In this document: positions 18,591 through 27,463 of the stretch, piece by piece
Numbering within the stretch: position 1 is the first letter of the stretch
Layout of the letters: every line of letters starts with the position of its first letter
DNA from: Bordetella parapertussis
GTDB taxonomy: Bacteria > Pseudomonadota > Gammaproteobacteria > Burkholderiales > JACQAP01
Reading direction: 5' to 3'
Length of the DNA: 64,000 nt
NCBI GenBank assembly: GCA_945900965.1
Contig: CAMDKM010000011.1
Span: 9,213-73,212 of the forward strand
Notes under the pieces: generated by a model
Databases searched by the model: none
What the model was told of the DNA's origin: nothing
What the model saw: the letters and a program-made list of their open reading frames with translations, nothing else
Position numbers and translations under genes: made by a program

Positions 18591-18737
18591 ACCTAAAAAC
18601 CGCAATTCGGCCACAGGACAACAGAGAGAAATTCAGGAATTTGGGTCAGCATGCTGCACGCACCAGATGGGTGAGCATCAGGAACAACCTACATTCTTGA
18701 TTTTCCTCTGTGTTCTCTGTGTCAAATAGCTTTTTCA
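18589..18737. repeat. CACAGAG-arm intergenic element, copy 3
   Basis: Begins at the stop codon of the HExxH gene. Collinear with copy 1 (about 75% identity by eye). Internal 10-bp palindrome CAGCATGCTG (18547... see finding; located at 18647-18656 within the element). Confidence 0.8.
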
Positions 18738-18838
18738 GAATTACTCGAAGGTTCCCCATCCGCCTCCGCCCGGTTATGATTGCGCGCGATACCGAGCGCG
18801 CACATTTCAAAAAAGACAACCGCAAGACCGGAGGCAAC

Positions 18839-19894
18839 ATGCTGAGCTATGACGTCGTCGAATGGGGCAAACCGCTGCAGAAGCGGGAACACCCCACGCC
18901 CGTGCCAAAAGGCACCGAGGTTCTTCTGAAACTCAAGTTCTGCGGTGTTTGCCATAGCGATGTTCACATTCGCGATGGCTACTTCGATATGGGCGGAGGA
19001 AAGCGTTTCCACATGAGCGATCGCGGCATGCATCCGCCCATTACGCTCGGCCACGAGCCCTTTGGCACGGTAATCGCCGCCGGTCCCGAGGCAAAAGATG
19101 CGTCAATCGGCAAAGATCGACTGGTCTGTCCGTGGATCGGCTGCGGAAACTGCGCCCGCTGCCATGAAGGCCAGGACAACCATTGCATGACGCCACGCTG
19201 GATTGGCATTCAATGGGCAGGCGGCTACGGCGATCATCTGCTGATCCCGCATCCGCGCTACCTGGTGGATGCCAGCGGGATCGACCCTGCCTGGGCGGCC
19301 ACGCTGGCATGCTCGGGGTTGACCACCTACTCCGCGGTGACCAAGCTCGCCCCCATTCCTCGCGAGGAATGGATTGCGGTTATGGGTGCCGGGGGGCTGG
19401 GGCTGATGGCAATCGGGATGCTGCGGGCATTGGGCCATGAACGTATCGTTTCGGTGGATATCGATCCTGCAAAGTTTGCGGCCGCGCGCGAAGCAGGCGC
19501 TGCCGCCACAGTCGATGGGCGCGATACCGACGCGGCCAAGAAACTTCAGGCCGTTGCCGGCGGTCCGCTTTACGGAGCAGTGGATCTGGTCAACACCACG
19601 ACCACCGCCAGCACCGTATTGGCTACCCTGCGCAAGGGCGGAAGACTCGTTATGGTCGGCTTGTACGGCGGCGAGATTCCCTTATCGCTGGTTGCCGTGG
19701 TGCAGCGCGCGCTGACTATTGTCGGATCAAGTGTCGGCACCGTGGCGGAATTGAAGGAAGTGGTGAGTCTTGCCCGTGCCGGCAAACTCAAGCCGATTCC
19801 CATCGAAACGCGCCCGCTCGCGGAAGTCAGCCGCACGCTTGACGAACTGAAGGCAGGAAAAATTGTCGGTCGGGTGGTGGCGAAAATAGACTAA
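18839..19894 (+). CDS. zinc-dependent alcohol dehydrogenase (MDR family)
   Basis: GGAGG SD 5 nt upstream of the ATG at 18839. Catalytic zinc motif CGVCHSDVH, GHEPFGTV, structural-zinc Cys cluster CPWIGCGNCARC, NAD-binding GAGGLGLMA. Confidence 0.88.
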   Translation: MLSYDVVEWGKPLQKREHPTPVPKGTEVLLKLKFCGVCHSDVHIRDGYFDMGGGKRFHMSDRGMHPPITLGHEPFGTVIAAGPEAKDASIGKDRLVCPWIGCGNCARCHEGQDNHCMTPRWIGIQWAGGYGDHLLIPHPRYLVDASGIDPAWAATLACSGLTTYSAVTKLAPIPREEWIAVMGAGGLGLMAIGMLRALGHERIVSVDIDPAKFAAAREAGAAATVDGRDTDAAKKLQAVAGGPLYGAVDLVNTTTTASTVLATLRKGGRLVMVGLYGGEIPLSLVAVVQRALTIVGSSVGTVAELKEVVSLARAGKLKPIPIETRPLAEVSRTLDELKAGKIVGRVVAKID

Positions 19895-20070
19895 CTGGGG
19901 CGCCGATTTCGTCTTTCATTGCGAATGCCGAGTAAATGATCTTCCAGTCCGAACCCGAAAACAATCCTGCGTCATTGCAGACTGTTTAGACATTTGCAGG
20001 CGCTTCAATCGTTGCGCAGGCAGCGATTCTTGCTTACATTTCCGCTGCCATCCATTTGCGAACCCACTCC

Positions 20071-21045
20071 ATGGACGAATCCGAAGATTGGGCGTTTCCA
20101 CTCGATCAGCAACCACAAACGGCCGACGTGAATTTCGACCTGGCCGCGGCACTGGACGCAGTTGTTCAGTTGCGGGCGGAAGTTCCGGCCGACGCGTATA
20201 CCGCTTCCATTCTCGGCACCGGGCGGCAAGGCAACGGTGTGGTGATTCGCGAAGACGGGCTGACCCTTACAATCGGCTATCTGATCACGGAAGCCAGCGC
20301 CGTGTGGCTCGCCAGCAATCATGGCGAAGCCGTGGCCGCTTACCCTCTGGCTTATGACCAGGTGACGGGTTTCGGGTTGGTACAGCCGCTGGGACATTTC
20401 GACGTGCCGGCTTTGCCGCTTGGCTCGGCGTCGGCATGCGCAATCGGAGATGAAGCCATAGTAATCTCCCACGGAGGTCAGGCTCATGCGCTCAAGGCCC
20501 GCGTTCTGGCCAAACACGAGTTTGCCGGATATTGGGAATATGTATTGGACGAGGCTGTGTTCACCACACCTGCCCACCCGCAATGGGCCGGCGCCGCCCT
20601 GATCGATCACGCGGGGCGCTTGCTGGGCATTGGTTCGCTGCTGGTTCAGGCCGTCGAGGGCACCGATGCCGTTAACGCCAATATGATCGTGCCGATCGAT
20701 CTGCTGGCGCCCATTTATAACGATCTGCTCGCCACTGGCAATGCACGCCGAGCGCCCCGCCCCTGGCTAGGGATGTACACCTCGGAATCGGACGGCAAAC
20801 TGATCGTGGTCGGCGTCGCCGACAAGGGCCCCGCCGACCAGGCTGGCGTAAGGCAAGGTGACGTCGTCACGGAAGTGGCGGGGCAGCGCGTGGAGTCGCT
20901 GGCGACGATGTTTCGCAGCGTATGGGGGCTCGGACCAGCAGGTACCGAGATTGTGCTAACCCTGTCGCGTGGCGGAGACTTGCTGCATAAGCGGCTCAAA
21001 TCCGCCGACCGGGGAAGTTTTCTGAAAAAACCGTCGCTGCACTGA
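20071..21045 (+). CDS. trypsin-like (S1C/HtrA-like) fold protein with C-terminal PDZ domain; catalytic triad apparently degenerate
   Basis: HtrA-like blocks GNGVVIREDGLTLTIGYLI and HPQWAGAALID. PDZ block LIVVGVADKGPADQAGVRQGDVVTEVAG. Confidence 0.75.
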   Translation: MDESEDWAFPLDQQPQTADVNFDLAAALDAVVQLRAEVPADAYTASILGTGRQGNGVVIREDGLTLTIGYLITEASAVWLASNHGEAVAAYPLAYDQVTGFGLVQPLGHFDVPALPLGSASACAIGDEAIVISHGGQAHALKARVLAKHEFAGYWEYVLDEAVFTTPAHPQWAGAALIDHAGRLLGIGSLLVQAVEGTDAVNANMIVPIDLLAPIYNDLLATGNARRAPRPWLGMYTSESDGKLIVVGVADKGPADQAGVRQGDVVTEVAGQRVESLATMFRSVWGLGPAGTEIVLTLSRGGDLLHKRLKSADRGSFLKKPSLH

Positions 21046-21057
21046 ACCCAAAGTGCC

Positions 21058-22332
21058 TTAAGCCGCGGCCGGCGCCATGACGGTGCGACGACGCAGCAAC
21101 CACACCGCGCAGGACACGTTGACCAGATTCCACGCGATGCCATGTATGAACGCGGCATGATAGGAACCGGTGAGATCGTAAATTGCTCCCGACATCCAGC
21201 CTCCCAAGGCCATGCCGAATTGTGTCGCCATGATGACCGCTCCGACCCGGGCACCCGCTTCGCTGGGCGGAAAATATTCGCGAACGATGATGGCATAAGA
21301 CGGCACGATGCCGCCTTGGAACAGCCCGAACATTGCGGAGACCAGGTACAGAGACGCCAGACCATCGAAGGGCAAATAGAACAATAGCGCGATGCCCTGC
21401 AAGGAAGAACCGAGCAGAAGCGTTCGCAATCCGCCCAGGCGATCCGAAATCCATCCGAAAGTGACACGGCTGACAATCCCGCAAGCCAGCATCAGGGACA
21501 ACATTTCGGCCCCGCGTGCGGGTCCATAACCCAGATCGGAGCAGTACGCGACAAGATGTACCTGTGGCATGGACATCGCCACGCAGCACGACGTACCTGC
21601 CAGAATCAGCAACCACTGCACTGCGCCCGGCGAGACACCCGCCAACCAGAGCGGTCTGGATAATCCGTTTTCCGTCGAGACTCCATGTCCCAAAACCGGA
21701 AGCCGGCGCCGCAGGACAAACAGCAATGGCAACATTGCCAGCAGACAAAAAATGCCAATACCGAAATACGTCTGGCGCCAGCCTGAACTCTGGATGAAAT
21801 ACTGAACCACGGGCGGCCAGACCACCCCTGCCAAATAATTGCCGCACATGAAGATGCCTACAGCCAGGCCGCGTCGACGCTCGAACCACATAGAGATGTC
21901 GGATAAAAGCGGACCAAAGGTCGCTGACCCGCCGACACCGATCAATAGTCCCTGTATGGCGGCGTACTGCCAGAGACTGGTTGAATAACTGGCGCCAGTG
22001 AATCCCATTGCCAGCGCAACGATGCCCACCACTATGGCCGTCACAATGCCAAGACGATCGGACAGGCGGCCCAGCAGAACGCCGGCAATACCAAATCCCA
22101 GGGTAGTAAGGGTATAGGGAAGCGATGCATCGGCGCGCGCCACGGCAAATTCAGCCTGAACCGCCGGCAGAGCAACCACTACCGACCACATGCCTACGCC
22201 GCCAATAGTCGACAGCAGCACCGAAACAACCAACCGCAGCCAGGCATATGAAGAGTCCACGCCCCCGTGAAACAGCCGGTGACTCGGTGTTGTTATGTTT
22301 TTATCCGCCCCACCCTTTTGCAACGACGACAT
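21058..22332 (-). CDS. MFS transporter
   Basis: 424 aa, 12 predicted TM. Motif A copies LLGRLSDRLG and GWISDRLGG. Confidence 0.85.
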   Translation of the reverse strand: MSSLQKGGADKNITTPSHRLFHGGVDSSYAWLRLVVSVLLSTIGGVGMWSVVVALPAVQAEFAVARADASLPYTLTTLGFGIAGVLLGRLSDRLGIVTAIVVGIVALAMGFTGASYSTSLWQYAAIQGLLIGVGGSATFGPLLSDISMWFERRRGLAVGIFMCGNYLAGVVWPPVVQYFIQSSGWRQTYFGIGIFCLLAMLPLLFVLRRRLPVLGHGVSTENGLSRPLWLAGVSPGAVQWLLILAGTSCCVAMSMPQVHLVAYCSDLGYGPARGAEMLSLMLACGIVSRVTFGWISDRLGGLRTLLLGSSLQGIALLFYLPFDGLASLYLVSAMFGLFQGGIVPSYAIIVREYFPPSEAGARVGAVIMATQFGMALGGWMSGAIYDLTGSYHAAFIHGIAWNLVNVSCAVWLLRRRTVMAPAAA

Positions 22333-22381
22333 GGCACCCTCTCGGAAGCGGCGATTGTGCCACGTAAGTCGTCAGACGACT

Positions 22382-22598
22382 GTGACGGGTCACGGGTCAA
22401 CGGTGACGGGTGACGGGTGACGAGTGATAGCGTGAAGGGTGAATGAGTGAAAAGTAAAACATTCTGCGCGCCGCTTAGCAGCGCTCGTCCCCTCGACCCT
22501 CGCCCCTCATCCCTCGCCCTTAATCCCTCGCTCCTCAATCCTGACCTCGCACCTTTCATGTCTTACTCAATCCTCAATCCTAGATCCTGACTCTTCAC
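22382..22598. repeat. heptad-arm palindromic element, copy 2
   Basis: GTGACGG x several / GTGAAGG / GTGAATG arm, A-rich spacer, GC-rich centre (22466-22484), then CCCCTCG/CCCTCAT/AATCCTC arm. Ends 1 nt before the stop of the 22600 gene. Confidence 0.8.
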
Positions 22599-22599
22599 C

Positions 22600-23013
22600 T
22601 CATTCCGCCTTCCAGGCATTAACCTTGGAATTCATCATATCGATGATGTGTTTGCGTACTTCGGCCTCCGATGGCGCGGTTCCCCATGCCATCCATTTTT
22701 CGGTGGAGGGCCACCAGTCGCGCTGGGTCTGTTCCTCAGTTACCTTCTGCTGGAGTTCAATTTCCACCAGATAAAGGAACGACTGATCTTCTTCGAAATA
22801 TTTGGAGCGCACACGAACATGCAATCGCTGGCGGCCTCCCTGATCGAGGTCCGGGATCTCCGCCATGGCCCCGCCGATCAGCGGTGCGACCAACTTCTGC
22901 AAACGCCCGCCACCCATCATCGGCCCTTCAGATTCGCACTTGAGCGTCAAGGCAAAAGTCGGGACACTGCCGAACAACGCGCTGACCAACATCACGAGAA
23001 TTACTTTCTTCAC
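22600..23013 (-). CDS. secreted hypothetical protein
   Basis: 137 aa. GTG start preceded by GGAGGA. Signal peptide MKKVILVMLVSALFGSVPTFA. Lower GC than neighbouring genes. No family recognised. Confidence 0.6.
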   Translation of the reverse strand: MKKVILVMLVSALFGSVPTFALTLKCESEGPMMGGGRLQKLVAPLIGGAMAEIPDLDQGGRQRLHVRVRSKYFEEDQSFLYLVEIELQQKVTEEQTQRDWWPSTEKWMAWGTAPSEAEVRKHIIDMMNSKVNAWKAE

Positions 23014-23172
23014 GATGATTTCTCCTCCGTTAAATGCCGCGCCACCGCGCGGCAGGTACTTGACGCATTGTGGCTCCCGGAAGGAAGAAGCTTCAAGCGC
23101 AGAAGTGTGGGGGTTCCACGACAGAATCCTAGGTTAGGATTACGAATAATTCAGTCGTCGAGGTAATCAACC

Positions 23173-23943
23173 ATGAATCTGCATGACGCCGTATGTATCG
23201 TGACCGGTTCGGCCACTGGAACCGGCGCCGCCTGCGCGACGCAACTAGCCCGCAAGGGTTGCCGCGTGGTGGTGAACTTCACCAAAAGCCAGGAAGAGGC
23301 TGCGGAAACCGTCGAAAAATGCCGTTCGGCGGGAGGCGATGCGATCGCGGTGCGTGCAGACGTCGCCTCGAATGCTGATTGCCAGTTGCTGGCCAGAACC
23401 GCGCTGGACAAGTGGGGCAAAATCGACGGCTTGATCAACAATGCCGGCATTACCAAATTCGCGCCGGCCGCGGATCTGGACGCACTCAGCGCAGAAGATT
23501 TTCAGCGTATCTACGCAGTAAATGTGATCGGGCCCTATCAGATGATCCGGGCCTGTGCCCCGGCCATGAAGACGCAGGGCGCCGGTGCCATCGTCAACAT
23601 CTCTTCGATTTCGAGTGTCATGGGCGTCGGCTCATCGACGGCGTATGTTGCATCCAAGGGTGCGTTGAATGCGATGACGCTGGCACTTGCCCGCTCGCTC
23701 GCGCCAGCGATCCGTGTCAACGCCGTGTGCCCTGGATTGATCGAGACCCGCTGGCATCAGTCGCGTTTCAGCCCGGAGGAGTACGCAAAATTCAAGGCGG
23801 GCTATGAGAGAAGTGTACCGCTTGCCAAGGCTTCCTCGGCGGACGATATCGCCGAAGTCACCGTCTGGCTCCTGGAAGGAGCGGCGCATGTCACCGGGGA
23901 GACGATCCTGGTGGACGGGGGCATGCACCTGGGGAAGTTCTGA
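23173..23943 (+). CDS. SDR family oxidoreductase (3-oxoacyl-ACP reductase-like)
   Basis: TGSATGTGAA cofactor motif, NNAG, catalytic YVASK. Confidence 0.9.
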   Translation: MNLHDAVCIVTGSATGTGAACATQLARKGCRVVVNFTKSQEEAAETVEKCRSAGGDAIAVRADVASNADCQLLARTALDKWGKIDGLINNAGITKFAPAADLDALSAEDFQRIYAVNVIGPYQMIRACAPAMKTQGAGAIVNISSISSVMGVGSSTAYVASKGALNAMTLALARSLAPAIRVNAVCPGLIETRWHQSRFSPEEYAKFKAGYERSVPLAKASSADDIAEVTVWLLEGAAHVTGETILVDGGMHLGKF

Positions 23944-24213
23944 TGCGGCCGCTCAAAGTGCACGCGAAAAAAACCCGGTATCCCGGGCTTATTCCAGGGT
24001 CGGAGGAGCCGCGCCCTGACGTCCTGCTTCAGAGGAGTACCGTTTTACGGACCGCGACCAACCGACAATATCAGCGCTTGGAACATCCTGCGGCACCTTT
24101 AGAACTCCTAAATTCGGCGCGGTCAATACCGCCTCTGCGCCCCGCAAATGACCAAAGCACGTCGCACCCCGGACTTTGACAAATTTTGGCAGTTCACGCC
24201 CTAATCGACCACC

Positions 24214-25014
24214 ATGAAGATCCGTATTCTGTCCGATCTGCACCTGGAATTTTCCGATCGCTTCCCGCCACTTTCCTGGCCCATGCCGGACGCCGACGTG
24301 GTGGTGCTGGCCGGCGACATCGATAACGGGACGCGGGCCATCGACTGGGCGGAGCGGATCTTTTCAACAACACCGGTGCTCTATGTGCCGGGCAATCACG
24401 AATTCTACGACCGCGAAATATTCACCGCGCGCAATGCACTGAAGCGCCGCGCCGCGCAGAGTCCGAACCTGCGGCTGCTGGACGATGGGGAATGTGTCAT
24501 CAACGGTGTGCGCTTTTTGGGCAGCACCTTATGGACCGACTTTGCCGTATATGGAGAGAATAAAACAGGCCGCGCGATGGCCGAGTCAGTGCGCTACGTC
24601 ACGGACTTTCGCGCCATTCGCCATGGAACGGAAGGACTGCTGACACCGGCACAGACGGTCGAATTCCATCGTCAGGCCCTGAGCTTTCTTGAAGCGCGGA
24701 TACACGCCCTGTTCCCGGGCTCTACCGTTGTTGTCACCCACCATGCGCCGCACACCGGCAGTATTCACCCAAAATGGGGCGATACCCTGGTCAACGCCGC
24801 GTTTGTTTCGGATCTGACGCGGCTGCTGGGAAATCCCGTATTGTGGATTCATGGTCATACTCACGACAGTTTCGACTATCGCACCAATGGAACGCGGATT
24901 GTCGCCAATCCAATGGGCTACCGGTTCAGCAAGCGGCCGCGCATAGCGGGGCAGCTCCCTTCGGTCATGTTCGAAAACGCCTGTTTCGATCCGTCGCTTG
25001 TTGTATCGATATAG
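24214..25014 (+). CDS. calcineurin-like metallophosphoesterase
   Basis: All MPE blocks are present: SDLHLE, AGDIDNG, GNHEFY, VTHHAP, IHGHTH. Confidence 0.85.
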   Translation: MKIRILSDLHLEFSDRFPPLSWPMPDADVVVLAGDIDNGTRAIDWAERIFSTTPVLYVPGNHEFYDREIFTARNALKRRAAQSPNLRLLDDGECVINGVRFLGSTLWTDFAVYGENKTGRAMAESVRYVTDFRAIRHGTEGLLTPAQTVEFHRQALSFLEARIHALFPGSTVVVTHHAPHTGSIHPKWGDTLVNAAFVSDLTRLLGNPVLWIHGHTHDSFDYRTNGTRIVANPMGYRFSKRPRIAGQLPSVMFENACFDPSLVVSI

Positions 25015-25129
25015 CTGGCAGAGACGGTTTATCACAGCGAGCATGAAACTTGCCGGTCCAAGCCCTTGGATAGTAGCCTTCAACCCCGCGCGACGCCGCA
25101 CCGGTGTCACAAGGTCCCCGACCCGACCA

Positions 25130-26074
25130 ATGGAAACTGAATCAATTTCGCCCCCACCGAATCCGGTGCCCGAACATGCGGCCACCGATCCGGGCTCCCC
25201 GCCCACGCTTGCCAGTGTCGTTTTCGCTCGTATCGTCGAATTCGCCCGCCGCCCGGTTGCCGAACAGGCCAGACTGCGGGCCCAAATTGAAGCTGCGCTG
25301 GCTGTTTCGCTTGCGGCGGTCAAGCGCCGTAACCGGATAGTGCTTGATGCGCCTGACGGCATTGTTGTCGCGGTGCTGGCCGATCCCACCGCTGCTCTGA
25401 ATATTGCCGAGCGCTGTCTGAACGCTTCGATCGCCGGCGTTCCGGTGGCCATTGCCGTGAACCACGGGGCAATACGGCTCGCTCCCGATAAAAGCGGACG
25501 CCAGGGGCTGATGGGCGACGCATTGGGCACTGCTTCGGCCATAGCCCATTTTGCCGGCCCCGCGCGGCTGTTCGTTTCACGCTCCTTCCTTGATGCCCTG
25601 GCTATGGTAGCGCCGGCCCGAGCCTTGAGCCTGCGTCCGGCGGGCGTATTCACCGATGCCAATTTGCGCACTCATGAATTGTTATCGGTGGATCGCGAAG
25701 TTATTCCGCGCCGCAGAAGGTTTCTGGTTGCCATCGGGGCCGCAGCCTTGATCGCGATTGGCGCAACGATGGCGAACTTCCGTATAGACATCCGAAACAG
25801 TTTTAACGCCGGCAAGCCGGCGGTGCTGAACTTCAGTATTTACCCTTACGGCGAAGTATTCGTGGATCAAGTCTCTTATGGCAAGAGTCCGCCACTGCGG
25901 GAATTACAGCTCGAACCCGGGGCACACGAAGTGGAACTGCGTAAAAAGGGCTATCCCGCCTATCGCACCGTCGTTGAGATGGAGCCTGGCAATACGTCGA
26001 CCTTGGCATACGCTTTTGTGCCCAAGTCGGAACGGGGTCTGTTCCTTCGCCTTCGAAACTGGATTGCGCGCTGA
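25130..26074 (+). CDS. membrane protein with an N-terminal degenerate class III cyclase-like domain, one TM helix and a C-terminal PEGA domain
   Basis: Cyclase-homology-like blocks VVFARIVEFARRP ... APDGIVVAV ... IAVNHGAIRL ... GDALGTASAIAHFAG, lacking the usual metal-binding Asp. TM helix FLVAIGAAALIAIGATMANF. PEGA-like YGEVFVDQVSYGKSP...LEPGAHEVELRKKGY. Start uncertain (25043, 25130 or TTG 24998). Confidence 0.65.
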   Translation: METESISPPPNPVPEHAATDPGSPPTLASVVFARIVEFARRPVAEQARLRAQIEAALAVSLAAVKRRNRIVLDAPDGIVVAVLADPTAALNIAERCLNASIAGVPVAIAVNHGAIRLAPDKSGRQGLMGDALGTASAIAHFAGPARLFVSRSFLDALAMVAPARALSLRPAGVFTDANLRTHELLSVDREVIPRRRRFLVAIGAAALIAIGATMANFRIDIRNSFNAGKPAVLNFSIYPYGEVFVDQVSYGKSPPLRELQLEPGAHEVELRKKGYPAYRTVVEMEPGNTSTLAYAFVPKSERGLFLRLRNWIAR

Positions 26075-26094
26075 ACACAACACACAGGTCAACC

Positions 26095-27294
26095 ATGGCA
26101 AGCAAGAAAAAAATTGGCCGCTACCGGATTCTCGGTGAACTGGGGCGAGGTGCGATGGGCGTGGTCTACAAGGCCGAAGATCCTTCGCTGGATCGGCTCC
26201 TGGCCATCAAGACCATTGTTATTCCGGCGCACGACGCCGAACGCAAGGAATACGAAGCCCGCTTTATGCAGGAAGCCAAAGCCGCCGGAAAACTCTCCCA
26301 TCCCGGCATCGTGACCATTTACGACGTGGGCCGAGAAGATACGGAAGTGTTCATGGCGATGGAGCTTCTTGATGGGGTCGATTTGATGACCCGCAGCGAA
26401 CAGAGCCTGCTTTCGGTGCCGGAGACGGTGCGAATCGTCGAACAGATTGCCGATGCATTGGCCTTTGCGCACGACCGTGGCGTGATACATCGTGACATCA
26501 AGCCTCCCAATATCATGATAGTCGACGGCGGCCGGGTGAAGATCATGGACTTTGGCATCGCGCGCATGCGCCAGTCCGACGTCAAGACACAGACCGGCAT
26601 GATGCTCGGCACGCCGCGATACATGTCGCCCGAACAGGTCGTGGGTCGGCCCTCCGACCACCGCTCAGATATTTTTTCACTCGGGACCGTGCTCTACGAA
26701 TTGTTAACCAATACCAAACTCTACGCAGGCGCAGAGGCAACCGAGATCATGTACAACGTCGCGAATCAGCGACCGTTGGCACCCAGCCGCATCAATCGTG
26801 CGGTGACGCCGATGCTCGATCTGATAGTGGCCAAGGCGCAGGAAAAGTCCGCCGACGAGCGATATCAGGACGCCCATCAACTGGCTGCCGATTTGCGCAC
26901 TTGCATGAACGAACTCGGCATTTATCGCCCGGAGCCCGAAGCGACGCAACCAGTGGGTGGCACTAAAAAGCATTCGGCGAATGCCGATGCCACGGTTAGC
27001 CTGCCGGTGGATGGCGAGAAACGCGACGCAAAGGCCGACTCCGGCCCGCGCGGCACGAAGGCGCTCAATATCATCGTGGATTCCGATACTCGCCTGGCGT
27101 TGTCGTCGATTTTCGATTCGACCGAGGCAGTCAAGCGGCTTGCCAAACCAGAATCCGGCGATCAGGTTCGCTTGACTAAACCGCCTCGCGCCAGAGGGCT
27201 GATTGCGAAGTTTTGGCACGATTCCGACCTGCGGGTGCTGTGCCTTGTTATTTTCGCGACACTGGCGGCAGGACTTGCCGCCATCACGAACTGA
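26095..27294 (+). CDS. Hanks-type serine/threonine protein kinase, C-terminally tail-anchored
   Basis: GRGAMGVVYKA glycine loop, LAIK lysine, HRDIKPPNI catalytic loop, DFG, GTPRYMSPE. A single hydrophobic helix VLCLVIFATLAAGLAAI sits at the extreme C-terminus. Confidence 0.92.
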   Translation: MASKKKIGRYRILGELGRGAMGVVYKAEDPSLDRLLAIKTIVIPAHDAERKEYEARFMQEAKAAGKLSHPGIVTIYDVGREDTEVFMAMELLDGVDLMTRSEQSLLSVPETVRIVEQIADALAFAHDRGVIHRDIKPPNIMIVDGGRVKIMDFGIARMRQSDVKTQTGMMLGTPRYMSPEQVVGRPSDHRSDIFSLGTVLYELLTNTKLYAGAEATEIMYNVANQRPLAPSRINRAVTPMLDLIVAKAQEKSADERYQDAHQLAADLRTCMNELGIYRPEPEATQPVGGTKKHSANADATVSLPVDGEKRDAKADSGPRGTKALNIIVDSDTRLALSSIFDSTEAVKRLAKPESGDQVRLTKPPRARGLIAKFWHDSDLRVLCLVIFATLAAGLAAITN

Positions 27295-27463
27295 CCTGTC
27301 CAGGAGCCTGTCGGACTCAGGTGTTCGATAGCAAAACGGTGGGAGAGCGAGGACGGACTTTGACGATTTCGACGCGCATATCGGAAATATCTAAGGAGAA
27401 ATCGGCAAAATACGGATCGTTCTCCCATCAATGCAGCCGAATCATGCCAAGTCCGACAGGCCC

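Noticed and set aside
18180-18614. A 144-aa minus-strand ORF as the real gene of this locus.
   Set aside because: It has no SD, no motifs and an odd composition. The + strand frame carries a coherent HExxH-containing sequence and coding-like codon usage.
23119-23141. The AATCCTAGGTTAGGATT palindrome upstream of the SDR gene, as an operator.
   Set aside because: It is a single short palindrome with no adjacent regulator gene, so this is insufficient evidence.
23943-24179. A 78-aa ORF overlapping the SDR stop (TGATG).
   Set aside because: Only moderate GC3, a basic low-complexity sequence and no recognisable domain. The region also contains a hairpin (CCCGG-TATC-CCGGG) that looks like a terminator rather than coding sequence.
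24998-25129. A TTG start at 24998 giving a 17-nt overlap with the metallophosphoesterase gene.
   Set aside because: The added 44 residues are basic and low-complexity and precede the first recognisable domain. None of the candidate starts has an SD, so the start remains uncertain, and the ATG at 25130 was used.
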